A stretch of 64,000 nucleotides of DNA from Candidatus Micrarchaeia archaeon. Its GTDB lineage: Archaea > Micrarchaeota > Micrarchaeia > CABMEP01. The DNA lies in NCBI GenBank assembly GCA_038886535.1, contig JAVZXS010000001.1, positions 32,001-96,000 on the forward strand, in the 5' to 3' direction. The notes under the pieces were generated by a model that was given only the letters and a program-made list of their open reading frames with translations, did not search any database and was not told the origin of the DNA. The position numbers and the translations under genes are program-made. Shown piece after piece: positions 40,536-51,249 of this stretch (positions within the stretch are counted from its first letter, which is position 1; the number at the start of each line of letters is the position of its first letter).

Positions 40536-41924
40536 ATGCCGCCTATGTTAAAAGAAATTCAAAATGAAAGAGAGGAAATAAATAAAATATTAGGAAAAAT
40601 AAAAGAAATAGCAGAAAGAAAAGTGACAGAATTCTCTATAAAAGATTTAGAGGGTGCAAAAGGGTCTTTTTTTAAGATTGAATTGAATATAAAAAATGAT
40701 AACTTTAAGAAAAAACTGATAAATGAAGTTTATGATTTTATTAGGGAAAATGGTTACCAGATTGTATTCAGATTGGGAGAGGAAAGTAATAAGTCAATAC
40801 TTTATATTGGGAAAAGTTATGCAAGAGAGATAAACTACTTTTTACCATCTAAAGACATCATTCAAGGTTTTATTGATGATGCAATAAAAAGAAAAAATCT
40901 TACTGGAAAGGGATCCGAGCTTTATGCAAATCCTAACATGGGAATATTAGTAAAAGTAAAAGATGGAAAGGTAGAAAACGTAGCAATCCTTTCAGGCGCT
41001 TCTATTTCAATCCCATTAAGGACAGGTACTTTTCAATTAGGACAATTAGAAAAAGGAGGATGGATCATACCCTCTGGAAGAAAGGGTTTTTCAGAACTAA
41101 GGGAGAGATATCCCGATTCTTTTTCTTCTTCAAACTCACCTTATCCTTGGAGTATATTTAATCTTATGGGATCAGCCAAAATATCATTTAAAGGAACAGA
41201 AAAGCTTCACTTCCGTTCTTTAATCTATCCTGGTTTTACTGGAGAGGCACCGTTAGGAAGTGAGGCAGGAATACTTGATGATCTTTACAATCAAACTACA
41301 GCAGGCTGCCTTTTTGTTGGAGAGGGTTCGTTCTACGCAATTAAGAAAGGGAATAAATACATAACTGGAACAGACGAAGAGATAAGAAAGAAAGATATTG
41401 GAGTCTTATTGCATAAAGGAGAACTTAATCTTGAGCCATTAGAAGTAGGAACTAGGTTAAGAATGAGGAATGGAGAATGGGCAACCCTTTCTCTTGACCA
41501 ATATAATAATCAGGTGTGGCTTGATGAAAATGGATATTATGTTCCCTTCGATTCCATAAACTTCGATTGGGATTCAAAAGAAATGCCTCAAATAGTATGG
41601 AAGCCACCAGAATTTGGAGAATCTAGATTTATAAATAATGAAATATCAAATAAACAGATTTATATAGATGATAAAAGATATTATATTGTGGAAAAAGATG
41701 ATAAATTACAGGTTGTTATATATCCTCAAAGATATTATACAAAAGGAAAAGATATGAAACAATTAAAAGAAGAAATAAAAGATAATTTGTCAAATCTACT
41801 TAATAGAAAAGATCTCGAAATTTCAGAAGATGAAATTAAAAACTTAGATTATGCAATTAAAATTGCACAACTTACACCTATTATGATAAATATTGACATT
41901 TCTAAATTTTACGCGGAGAGGTGA
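40536..41924 (+). CDS. hypothetical protein
   Basis: 462-aa ORF; no family recognised. Confidence 0.75.
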   Translation: MPPMLKEIQNEREEINKILGKIKEIAERKVTEFSIKDLEGAKGSFFKIELNIKNDNFKKKLINEVYDFIRENGYQIVFRLGEESNKSILYIGKSYAREINYFLPSKDIIQGFIDDAIKRKNLTGKGSELYANPNMGILVKVKDGKVENVAILSGASISIPLRTGTFQLGQLEKGGWIIPSGRKGFSELRERYPDSFSSSNSPYPWSIFNLMGSAKISFKGTEKLHFRSLIYPGFTGEAPLGSEAGILDDLYNQTTAGCLFVGEGSFYAIKKGNKYITGTDEEIRKKDIGVLLHKGELNLEPLEVGTRLRMRNGEWATLSLDQYNNQVWLDENGYYVPFDSINFDWDSKEMPQIVWKPPEFGESRFINNEISNKQIYIDDKRYYIVEKDDKLQVVIYPQRYYTKGKDMKQLKEEIKDNLSNLLNRKDLEISEDEIKNLDYAIKIAQLTPIMINIDISKFYAER

Positions 41925-41928
41925 TATA

Positions 41929-43467
41929 ATGTTAATTTTATTTCAACTTGCAATGCAAAAACCAGAACAAAAACTGACAGCAGAAAAACTTTTTGATAAT
42001 GCCAAATTGAAAAATTTAGAAAATAACGAAAGGAATGCATTAGAAAAACTAATTCAGCAAATGAGTTATGTGAACAACAAAGATTTTACTGATTCTGTAC
42101 GTAAATTCTTCAAATCAAACAAAGGAGAGATCAAATTTACAGGAATTTTTACTGCATCTGAATTAGATAATCTTGAGAAGGCACTTAATAAACTAGGCTA
42201 TAAATTTGAATTTTCAATCATTCCAAATGATGACGAACAAATTCAAAAGTGGTATAAATATACAAATAAAGATCCAGCTTTAGATATCAAAAATTTCATT
42301 AATTTCATGAATGGTGGTAGTGTTGAATTTGAGTTAAGTACGAGCAAAATATCAAAAGAATCTAATGAAGGAATGGACGGAACGCTTCAAGTTATGAATA
42401 TAAATATAACTACTATACAGAAAAATATTGATAATATTCAAGAAGATTTAAAAGGTATAAAGAAAAAGTATAATGATACATCTTCTACTCAAGTAGAACA
42501 ATCTAAATCAGAAGGAAAAAAAGAAGAGGAAGAGGTAAGAGAGCAAAAATCAGATGAAACATTGCAGAAAGCATTAGATCAAATTGGAAATATTCAAGTT
42601 AAAATTGGAGGCAAACAAACTAGAATTAATGAAATTTCATCTGCAAAATCTAAGCTTAAAAAACTGGAGCAAGGTCTTAATGAAGGAGAATCTGTTTCAT
42701 TCACTATGAATCCAAATCTAGTTATGATGAATAACTTAAAGGAAATTGCTAAATATTGGGCAGGAAAAGATGTAAAAGAAGAGCAGATTAGCGAAAACAA
42801 ATTTGTATATACTGGGGAAGGAGGGTCTTATGAAGTTAAGTATGAGAAAGGCCAATATATTATTACTCATCTTCAATCCATCCAAAAGAAAGAACCAAAG
42901 CAGGAAATAACAAATGTATTTTCTATGGAATTAATCATCAATGGAATAAACTTCAATAAGCCAGATACAGATGGTAAACATAAAGTTCAAAAGTTATTGG
43001 AAGGGAAAGAAGTAGAATATAATTATAAAGACTTTCCTAAAATCAAAGATGCATTCCTAGCTGAGATTAACAATAGAACAGGACGTACATATAAGTATGC
43101 GGCAGGTTATCCTAAACAAGTTGGTACTACTAATAAATATATCGTTAAATTAGAACTTGTGAGTGACGAAAAGTCAAACTCTTCATCTACGCAACCTCCG
43201 GAGGGAATGCAAAAACCAACAGAAACATCTAAACAAGAAAAAAAAGGTTCGACTACAAAAGAAACTAAAGAAGATATTTTAAATAATCTTTTAACTGAAA
43301 TAAACAAAAGCGAAAATTTAACGCAAACTGTGGCAAATATTCAGAGCGGTCTCCGTATATCTGTTTCTGCTGGTGAAATAACAAAGGATGATGCAATATG
43401 GATAGCGAACGAATTGAATAAAAAAATTTCTGAAAGAGATAGTAAATTAAAGATTACTATACTGTAA
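41929..43467 (+). CDS. hypothetical hydrophilic protein
   Basis: GAGGTG RBS supports the ATG at 41929; Lys/Glu/Gln-rich with low-complexity linkers. Confidence 0.75.
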   Translation: MLILFQLAMQKPEQKLTAEKLFDNAKLKNLENNERNALEKLIQQMSYVNNKDFTDSVRKFFKSNKGEIKFTGIFTASELDNLEKALNKLGYKFEFSIIPNDDEQIQKWYKYTNKDPALDIKNFINFMNGGSVEFELSTSKISKESNEGMDGTLQVMNINITTIQKNIDNIQEDLKGIKKKYNDTSSTQVEQSKSEGKKEEEEVREQKSDETLQKALDQIGNIQVKIGGKQTRINEISSAKSKLKKLEQGLNEGESVSFTMNPNLVMMNNLKEIAKYWAGKDVKEEQISENKFVYTGEGGSYEVKYEKGQYIITHLQSIQKKEPKQEITNVFSMELIINGINFNKPDTDGKHKVQKLLEGKEVEYNYKDFPKIKDAFLAEINNRTGRTYKYAAGYPKQVGTTNKYIVKLELVSDEKSNSSSTQPPEGMQKPTETSKQEKKGSTTKETKEDILNNLLTEINKSENLTQTVANIQSGLRISVSAGEITKDDAIWIANELNKKISERDSKLKITIL

Positions 43468-43817
43468 TTGCTTCTTAAATTTATTTTTTCATTTATGAGA
43501 TATGATCGCTTTTCAAAAAGGAGATCCATGCATATCAAATTTATAGGTTCACTATTTGCATTAATTAGCGAAGACAATCTGAATACAGATAAGGATACTC
43601 TTGTTAGTCTACTTAAAAAAGATGTATCTTTCATTTGATAAATTCTAATCACTGTCTTTCAGAGAAATTTTAATACATATATCTAGTAACTAAAAAATTC
43701 ACAGAGATTGAATAGAAAAACATTCAACGCTTTTAAATCACCTAAAAGCAATAAAGAATTTCTTCCTTACCATACTTTATTTAGAAGCTATATTCTGTTC
43801 TTATATGTCTTTTTTTA

Positions 43818-46800
43818 TTAATATCTTACTTTTAAGCCGAGATGTGCACTCCAATAAGTGTTGATTTTGCCATTGTAATTGAATTGATTAAGCGAAAGAC
43901 TACCAGAAATACGAACGTTTTCTTCCAATTTTGTTTCTGCTGAGAGTTTGGTGATTACTGATGACCATTTTCTTGATAAGGGATTGTAACCTGTTTCTTT
44001 ATAGTCTGTCTTTATAAGTTCGAAGTATCCAGTAAATCTATCTTTATCAGTCGCGTTTATACGCAAAGTATAGGAATCCCTTTCTCCCTTTAATAATTTC
44101 TCAATTTCTTTTGTTTCCCAATCTTGCAATGAATATCCAAATCCAATACCTAAAAGCCAATTGTTTTTTAATTCAAATGTTGGTTGGAAGAAATATATTT
44201 TATTATGGCTTTCCTCTTCCCTTGTTAGATGAGGTGTAAACCATTTACTATTTCTGTTATTTCCTTCATAATAACCAGTTATATCTGTTGAAAGTCCAAA
44301 GATTTTTGTTTTTATTATTTCCATCCCAATATGTACTAAATTCTCGTATATTTTATTTACATTACTGGTTTCAATATTAAGGTTATTACTATATTTATAA
44401 CTATCTTTTATTTTAGTTTCACTATAACCGAAATCAAGTTTAGTATTACCAAGAAATATAGTTGTATACGGATTCATTTTCGTTTTTAAATATTCATCAA
44501 ACGTTTTTGAATCTAAAGTTCCACGGAATTTAGTAGTTTCAGTTTTTTCCATTTTTTCGATTCCAAACCCGGGTTGTATCTTAGCACCCCATGCATAGAT
44601 GGTATTATATATCAAAACAGTAGAAAATTCGCTACCTTTAACCATCTTTTCTCCAGCTTTGCTCTCCCCATAAATTCTTTCATGATTATAATAGATTTTA
44701 TTTACAGTTAATCCAGATCCATTCGGATCTTTTGTTTGATATCTAAATTCTTCTCCCTTGCCACTTAGATATGTATCTACTTCATATGCCCATTCATCTA
44801 TACTCTTTTTATTAATATTCCAAAGTCCAGATAAGTTAAGTATTTTCTCAAAATGATAGTCAATTGATCCTATTACGCCGATACTTTTTTCTCTTCTTAA
44901 GTAGTCTCTTCTTTCTTCTTCCTCCGTTTTCTTTTGGAGTTCTTCCTTTCTTTCGGCTTTGAAGCCTGTAACTTTTATTTTGTCTATTACTCTAAAACCT
45001 TTGGTAATTACATTAAGCATATATTGTAGGTTTTCATTAGTTGCAATTCCATTGTCTATTAGTGGCTTTCCATCGTGTATAAATAAAGTAACTCCAGTTC
45101 CATCATCACGTCTATAATCAATCATTCCACCAATCATTGTAGTTTCTCCAAGCCAACCTCTCATAGTTGCTAAAGCTTGCTTTCGGTTCCTTTCTTCCCA
45201 CTTTAGCATAAGATCTTTATAATCATCTGCAGTTATTTCATTAATATTTCCTTGTTTCGTCAAATTAAAAATTCCTCTTGATTGGATTGGTTCTGTTGTT
45301 AAATAGTTTATACTTGAAGTGATTGTTGCTATACCTTTTGATCCGCCAATACGCGAAACTCCATTGACGTTTGTAATGTATTTTTCCTCATTATTTTCAT
45401 TAACATATCTTATAGTTTTCATTTCTATTTTTGAATCTATATAATTCATGTAACTCATCGAAGCTATATTTTGTATCAAACTAACTTTGATTGGAACCAT
45501 CTGATTTTGAACCGGTATTTGTGTGTCTTCACCTATATTAATTTCTACACTTTTATTATCTAACAGTGTTCCTTTTGAATCTGACATAGCAATGTCAAGT
45601 TTAGCTTTTAGTTCAATTCGAGATCCAATACGCATTCCTGTGTCACTAATTTGTAAGAATATTTCATATTTGTTTCCTTTTTCATCTCTTAATTCAATCG
45701 GTTTTGATGGTTCAACTGCTATTTCCATCCCTCTAAAATTAAGCTTAATTAATGTTGTCTGTTGCATGAATTTATCAATAGCTTTCGCTATTTCAGCTTT
45801 CGGCACTATTATTTCTATATTATATCTCTCATTTTCGATTGCCAAGGGAGTTGGTGTATTAGTTGGTATTTTATAACTATTTACAACTTGAATTGTATCG
45901 TCTTTGCCTTTCTTAACAAAATCCATCCAAACGTATACATTAGGTTTACCACTTTCATCTACTTCTATTATCGGATTTGAAATTCGATAGCCAACCTCAT
46001 CTTTCCAGTTGATCTCCCCTTTATAATTCTCTACTTCCGATTTACCTTTTGTCGTTATTTTTACAGTACAGTTGTTGATATTACCTAAATATGAAGGTAT
46101 ACCTGCCTTTTCAGCTATTTCTGCTGTTTGTAAAAGACCTTGGTATACGCCCCATAAAGTAGGATCGACTCTTCTTTCAGTAATTTTTTCATTTATCGAA
46201 GCATAAAAGAAATTTGGATCACCATTCATTTCATATATTAAAGATTTATCCTTTTCAGTTTTAGTAGAAAGAATAAAATATGCTCCAGTTTTTGCATTTA
46301 TACCATGTGTAAGAAGCGAATTTTCAGTTGTAGAATAGTACCTATAATAAGAAGGTCTTCCTCCTTTTCCGCCGAATAATGTATCAATAAGATCTGATGC
46401 TTCTGCTTCAAACACTTTTCTCTTTTTTGGATCTTTAGGCCACTCACCTCTAAAGTATTCTTTTGAGTAACTGTAATCACCTGTTTTATTGTAGTTTATT
46501 CCGTAAATTACTTGGGTTCCATCTTTATATCTAATTACTGCTACAGAATCAAAATGTCCTGTTGTTTCATTTTCCCATCTTTGACTATTCGCATTTAGAT
46601 AAAGTTCAAAACTATCGATGTTCGAGTGTTTTTCCTTTTCAATTGCAGATGAAAGCAATATTGTTTCAATTGTTTTTAGATCAAGAGTTCCATTAGGTTC
46701 AGTTTCTAGTGGTTTTTTCTTTTCTTTTTTGATAGAAATAGGTGTTTCAATATAACTACTGCCAGTTTCTTGTATTCGTTTCTGGAAATTTTTGATTATT

Positions 46801-47537
46801 TGCTTAGTAGCTGGATCGAATATATTTGATTTTATATCAATTTTTTCGTTATTATTTATCTTATTAAAGTTTTCATATATTTCTCTGATTGGAATCTCTA
46901 AATTTGAAAGAAAAGCTTTTCTTAGAGATTCATATTCGTCTCCTTTATACACCATTGCTAAATATACAATTGTATCTTCTAATGTAAGATTTTGTTTGTT
47001 TAATTCACCTATTAATTTATAGAACATATCATTAATTTGGTGGAGTCCTTGAGCATTAGCAAGATCTTGAATTGCCACATCAATATTTTTAAGTCGGCCT
47101 ATTTTTTCTTGAGGCAAAGTATTATTTATAATATTATCAATATTTTGTTTATTTTTTTTATCTAGTTTATCATAATAATTTTTCCATTCCTTTTCATACT
47201 CTTTATCTTTAATTCTTTTTTCAGCGATAGTAGCATAAGATATGCTTCCTTTTAACAATAAGTCAATATCATTTTTTACTTCGATTTTCTTTTTTTCTAA
47301 GTTGATAGTTTTCTGTGCACTCACTTTATCACCCATCCTTTCCACCTTTATAGTATTACTCATTTGATTTTTAAATCCTTTTATACTTGTGTCCTTTGCA
47401 TTTAGTGGAAGGATCAGTGGTTCAACTAGCAGAAGAGAAGCAAGTGTAATTCTAGCTAATCTTTCGATTTTTCCACTATTCTTATAGAATCTTAAATACT
47501 CTTTCTCCTGCATAAAATCAGCAAAAATAAGACGCAA
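43818..47537 (-). CDS. very large orphan protein with a beta-barrel-like C-terminal region (true start may be the ATG at 47336)
   Basis: 1239-aa ORF; last ~350 aa are amphipathic beta-strand-like, ending YWSAHLGLKVRY. Confidence 0.8.
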   Translation of the reverse strand: MRLIFADFMQEKEYLRFYKNSGKIERLARITLASLLLVEPLILPLNAKDTSIKGFKNQMSNTIKVERMGDKVSAQKTINLEKKKIEVKNDIDLLLKGSISYATIAEKRIKDKEYEKEWKNYYDKLDKKNKQNIDNIINNTLPQEKIGRLKNIDVAIQDLANAQGLHQINDMFYKLIGELNKQNLTLEDTIVYLAMVYKGDEYESLRKAFLSNLEIPIREIYENFNKINNNEKIDIKSNIFDPATKQIIKNFQKRIQETGSSYIETPISIKKEKKKPLETEPNGTLDLKTIETILLSSAIEKEKHSNIDSFELYLNANSQRWENETTGHFDSVAVIRYKDGTQVIYGINYNKTGDYSYSKEYFRGEWPKDPKKRKVFEAEASDLIDTLFGGKGGRPSYYRYYSTTENSLLTHGINAKTGAYFILSTKTEKDKSLIYEMNGDPNFFYASINEKITERRVDPTLWGVYQGLLQTAEIAEKAGIPSYLGNINNCTVKITTKGKSEVENYKGEINWKDEVGYRISNPIIEVDESGKPNVYVWMDFVKKGKDDTIQVVNSYKIPTNTPTPLAIENERYNIEIIVPKAEIAKAIDKFMQQTTLIKLNFRGMEIAVEPSKPIELRDEKGNKYEIFLQISDTGMRIGSRIELKAKLDIAMSDSKGTLLDNKSVEINIGEDTQIPVQNQMVPIKVSLIQNIASMSYMNYIDSKIEMKTIRYVNENNEEKYITNVNGVSRIGGSKGIATITSSINYLTTEPIQSRGIFNLTKQGNINEITADDYKDLMLKWEERNRKQALATMRGWLGETTMIGGMIDYRRDDGTGVTLFIHDGKPLIDNGIATNENLQYMLNVITKGFRVIDKIKVTGFKAERKEELQKKTEEEERRDYLRREKSIGVIGSIDYHFEKILNLSGLWNINKKSIDEWAYEVDTYLSGKGEEFRYQTKDPNGSGLTVNKIYYNHERIYGESKAGEKMVKGSEFSTVLIYNTIYAWGAKIQPGFGIEKMEKTETTKFRGTLDSKTFDEYLKTKMNPYTTIFLGNTKLDFGYSETKIKDSYKYSNNLNIETSNVNKIYENLVHIGMEIIKTKIFGLSTDITGYYEGNNRNSKWFTPHLTREEESHNKIYFFQPTFELKNNWLLGIGFGYSLQDWETKEIEKLLKGERDSYTLRINATDKDRFTGYFELIKTDYKETGYNPLSRKWSSVITKLSAETKLEENVRISGSLSLNQFNYNGKINTYWSAHLGLKVRY
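47325..47352 (-). repeat. 28-bp sequence TATAAAGGTGGAAAGGATGGGTGATAAA, identical to 51393..51420 in inverted orientation
   Basis: Direct comparison; covers a GGTGG RBS-like element plus the codons for MGDK. Confidence 0.92.
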
Positions 47538-47654
47538 ATGAGGTTAATAAACTTTCCGCCATCCAGGTATTAAGCTTTATATATTTTTTCTAAGTTAATA
47601 TATTTTACAGTCTTAACTTATGTTTTGACTTATTAAATTATCTAAAGTGATGTT

Positions 47655-48137
47655 ATGTCTCTTTATAAGCAAATTCAGGAAACGTTCCAAAAGGAATATA
47701 AAGAAAGATCTCCTGCCTACAGGGCAAGAATATCTCAATGGAGAAAAGAGTCTCCAATCGTTAGAGTGGAAAAACCTACAAACCTTGCAAGAGCAAGAAC
47801 ATTAGGTTACAAGGCGAAGGATGGATTTGTAATAGTAAGAGTGAGAGTTAAGCGAGGAAAGAGGAAGAGACATATTCGTATGAGAGGAAGAAAGCCTTCA
47901 AAGACAGGAAGATTCTATTCAAGGCACAAATCACTTCAACTTATAGCAGAGGAAAGAGCAGGAAGAAAGTTCAGGAATCTTGAGGTTCTTAATTCATACT
48001 TTGTAGGAGAAGATGGTCAATACAAATTCTATGAAGTAATACTTGTAGATCCGGAAAAAACAGGTTTGAAGCTTCAAAAAGGAAGAGTATTTAGGGGTCT
48101 TACCTCTCAAGGAAGAAAGATGAGAGGATTAAGATAA
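47655..48137 (+). CDS. rpl15e: 50S ribosomal protein eL15
   Basis: WR.....[35 protein letters not shown] and RVFRGLTS motifs. Confidence 0.97.
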   Translation: MSLYKQIQETFQKEYKERSPAYRARISQWRKESPIVRVEKPTNLARARTLGYKAKDGFVIVRVRVKRGKRKRHIRMRGRKPSKTGRFYSRHKSLQLIAEERAGRKFRNLEVLNSYFVGEDGQYKFYEVILVDPEKTGLKLQKGRVFRGLTSQGRKMRGLR

Positions 48138-48180
48138 ACCTAATCTTTTATTTCTTTTTCTTTTAACTTATTTTGATAAT

Positions 48181-48627
48181 ATGTATTTTGACATAGTTGA
48201 CTTTCCTATTGATGAAAGTATAGAAAAAAAGAGCCAGTTTAAATTCTATAGGTTGTCAGATATTAAAGACCTTTTCCTAGTAGGAGATCCAGAAAAAATA
48301 ACAAAGTTAATAAGAAAAGGAAAGATTCTCTACTGTCCTAAATATGAGATATCCTTAGAGATGTTTGCAAAGGCAAAATCACTAAATAAACCATTTTTGA
48401 TCTCTCTTTCAGACATTATAACTGAAAAACCACATTTAGCAATTTACAGGATTTCAAATTTCATAAGAGTTGGAAGGCATTATAAATTGAAATTTATCAT
48501 CGCTTCATTTGCAAAGGATAAATACTCGGTAAGAAGCATAGATGAAGCTGCATCAATAATGAGACTTTGCGGAATGAGCAAGGATCAAGTAAGGCAGTCT
48601 TTCATGCTTATTAAAAGATATCTATGA
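48181..48627 (+). CDS. short, divergent RNase P protein Rpp30 (p30)
   Basis: Lies between rpl15e and pop5; C-terminal IIASFAKD.YSVRS...SI..L.GM matches the Rpp30 tail. Confidence 0.65.
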   Translation: MYFDIVDFPIDESIEKKSQFKFYRLSDIKDLFLVGDPEKITKLIRKGKILYCPKYEISLEMFAKAKSLNKPFLISLSDIITEKPHLAIYRISNFIRVGRHYKLKFIIASFAKDKYSVRSIDEAASIMRLCGMSKDQVRQSFMLIKRYL

Positions 48628-48655
48628 ATTATGATTTTTATGATTTGGTGGTTTC

Positions 48656-48979
48656 ATGAAAGCTACTCTAAGAGAGAATTACAGGTATGTTGCAATAGAG
48701 ATTATTTCAGAGGTTCCTTTAGTTAAAGACGATCTTATTTCCATACTTAGGAACGACTTATTGACTTTAATAGGTAAAATCCATTATTCAGATGTAATGC
48801 CTAATCTAGCTTATTTTGACCACTTGAATCAAAAGGCAGTTATAAGATGCCTGAACAAGGGAACAGAGGATTTGAAGACTGCTTTGGCTCTTTTTAATTC
48901 ATACAAAGGAAAAAAGATTCACCTTAAAGCAATTTATACGTCTGGTACAATAAAGAAAGCTAAGGAAGTAATTAGATGA
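48656..48979 (+). CDS. pop5: RNase P protein Pop5/Rpp14
   Basis: TLRE..RY, VIRC and TSGTIKKA motifs; synteny. Confidence 0.9.
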   Translation: MKATLRENYRYVAIEIISEVPLVKDDLISILRNDLLTLIGKIHYSDVMPNLAYFDHLNQKAVIRCLNKGTEDLKTALALFNSYKGKKIHLKAIYTSGTIKKAKEVIR

Positions 48980-49003
48980 TACTTTAAATTTGTTTTTTAC
49001 AAC

Positions 49004-49948
49004 TCATGCTGCTTTTTGCAATCTATCTAAAGCAGAATAAGCAAGAAGTAGACCTTCTATCTCTATTTTTGTTTGTTCTTCAATTTTCTTTGCATTAGGA
49101 ACAAAATTTTTCCATTTTTCTGCTGCTTCCTTCACCATTTCTATAGAAATGTTCTTGTCTCCACTTGCAACTTTTCTGAAAAAAGAAAGACTTCTTTCTT
49201 TTATTTCTTTAACATTTTCAAGATTTTTTGTAAGTTGGTCTATTTTGGCTTGTATTTCTTTCTTTATATTTTCCATTAAATGAATTTCTTCATTACTATA
49301 CTCTCTTTTATTCTTAAATAATCCTTTATACTGATATATAATGTTAGCAAATTCCTTACTCATCAAACCTGCTAATGAAAGATCTATTTGCCCGACCATG
49401 AAGTTATTGAATTTTTCTGCATCTTCCATTCCCATTAACATACCTTTATAATCCACTCCTCTTTCTTTTGCAATTTCTATACTATTTCTATATATTTCTA
49501 TTATGTCTAGGTAATATTTTCTTATTTTTATATTATTCACATTCTCTTCTATTTCAGCATTTCTGAGATTTTCTATTGCTTCTTTAGTTTTATTGAGTCT
49601 TTTACGAATAGATGGTTCATTTATGAGTTCAATAACTGCTAAATTATCATCTCGTAATTTCAATGTTTCTTTGTTAATTTCTTCCCTTCTTATCCAGTAC
49701 GCCATTATCTTAAATCTATTTCCATTATACTTACCATCTTTATCATAAAGTATAATATTCATTTCTTTTTCAAGCATCTTACCAAAATTAGGATTGTCTT
49801 TAATTTTATTATTTAAATCAGAAATTTCACGAATTAATTCTTTCCTTTGAGTAGAATTTAAATTAGTGAAATTTTTGAATTTTTTATTAATTTCTTCATA
49901 TTTCTTTTTTATCTCTTCATATTTATTTTGTTCTATCTGTTTTTGCAT
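49004..49948 (-). CDS. hypothetical helical protein
   Basis: 314-aa ORF; no family recognised. Confidence 0.7.
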   Translation of the reverse strand: MQKQIEQNKYEEIKKKYEEINKKFKNFTNLNSTQRKELIREISDLNNKIKDNPNFGKMLEKEMNIILYDKDGKYNGNRFKIMAYWIRREEINKETLKLRDDNLAVIELINEPSIRKRLNKTKEAIENLRNAEIEENVNNIKIRKYYLDIIEIYRNSIEIAKERGVDYKGMLMGMEDAEKFNNFMVGQIDLSLAGLMSKEFANIIYQYKGLFKNKREYSNEEIHLMENIKKEIQAKIDQLTKNLENVKEIKERSLSFFRKVASGDKNISIEMVKEAAEKWKNFVPNAKKIEEQTKIEIEGLLLAYSALDRLQKAA

Positions 49949-50045
49949 AATTTGATATATATTTTATGATTTAAATATTTATCTTTTTAAGAAACAAAAG
50001 GCAAACATATTTAAATAATAATGTACTTTAGTATATTGTGGTGAC

Positions 50046-51170
50046 ATGAAAGAAGGTGGAAAGATGACTCAAGTTCAAAAGGAAAAATTTGATATTGATA
50101 AATTTATAAAAGATTATTTAGATCAAGTTGCACCTAATTCTTTTATAGAAAAAATAAGGTTAAATAATGATATAAAGTTGATCCGTTCTGACCGAGAAGG
50201 TATTATCATAGAATTTAAAGACGAATCTCCAAGAAATAAATTTCTTGAATCTTTAGATAAAGGCTATAATGCTAAAAAATATTATAGATTTGGAATCAAG
50301 ATCAAATCAGATGATCTTATAAACATGTATAGAGAAGAGACAGAAAAATTAGAGCAACAAAAAGTTATTGAGGAAGTTAAACCTCAAGAAATTGAAATTT
50401 CTTCCATTCCTATCGCTGAAATACAAGAATCTACTCAGTCTTTAGAACAATCAATTAAGGAAATGGAAAAAGTAATAGACAAAATACAGCCAGAACAAAA
50501 AAATAAAAGTGACAAATTAAAAACAATTAAAAAATGGACAAAGGAGTATTTCGAAGACACAAAAACAGTTTTGAAATTTGCTAAAGAATATCTCTCTGGG
50601 AAATATAAGGATGAAGCTATAAAGGCAGAAGAAACTAAACAAAAACTTATACAATTACTGACTAATAAAAATAAAGAATTAACTGAAAAACTAATGGAAG
50701 TTAAAAAAGAGCTTGCTGTAGAGAAAGAAGAAAATAAACAAAAGATAGTAGAGCTTGAAAAGAGGCAACAAGAAATTTTAGCACAACAGAAATATTTATT
50801 GAATCTATTAGAAGGAGGCAAAAAAATAGGTAAAAAGATAAAAGAAGAAGAGTTAGAGAAAAAACCTATGGAGAAACAAGTAGTTTCTGTTTCAACAGCG
50901 ACAGTTTCTAATACGTCTCAATCTCAAACCATTGCGAAATTCAGTAAATTAGAAGATATTAAAGAAGAAATAATTAATAGTGTTGGTAAATTAACAAATA
51001 CACCTAAAGATAGCATATCTCTCAATCGAAGCGATTTTGATACTACTTTTTTAAACGATCTTTTAAACAAGCGGCCTTCAGAAGTAGAAGTAAAGATAGG
51101 TAACAAAAATATAACCTACGTTATAGATGTAAAACAAAAATTTGTTATTTTAAAGATGAAAAAAGAATAA
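50046..51170 (+). CDS. hypothetical coiled-coil protein (alternative start ATG 50064)
   Basis: 374-aa ORF with a central coiled coil; AAGGTGGAAAG precedes the second ATG. Confidence 0.72.
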   Translation: MKEGGKMTQVQKEKFDIDKFIKDYLDQVAPNSFIEKIRLNNDIKLIRSDREGIIIEFKDESPRNKFLESLDKGYNAKKYYRFGIKIKSDDLINMYREETEKLEQQKVIEEVKPQEIEISSIPIAEIQESTQSLEQSIKEMEKVIDKIQPEQKNKSDKLKTIKKWTKEYFEDTKTVLKFAKEYLSGKYKDEAIKAEETKQKLIQLLTNKNKELTEKLMEVKKELAVEKEENKQKIVELEKRQQEILAQQKYLLNLLEGGKKIGKKIKEEELEKKPMEKQVVSVSTATVSNTSQSQTIAKFSKLEDIKEEIINSVGKLTNTPKDSISLNRSDFDTTFLNDLLNKRPSEVEVKIGNKNITYVIDVKQKFVILKMKKE

Positions 51171-51249
51171 TAAGTAACTTTATTTATTTTTTATTACTGG
51201 GGTTTAATACAAGCGAAAGTTATTTTAATTCCAATATTCTTATTATAAT

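Noticed and set aside
43341..43652. 103-aa minus-strand ORF in the gap between convergent orphans
   Set aside because: It overlaps the end of the upstream gene and has no RBS or recognisable motif; a gene remnant cannot be excluded
39132..47537. Integrated element or provirus at tRNA-Thr
   Set aside because: No integrase, no duplicated tRNA end (att site) found, and no viral or plasmid hallmark genes
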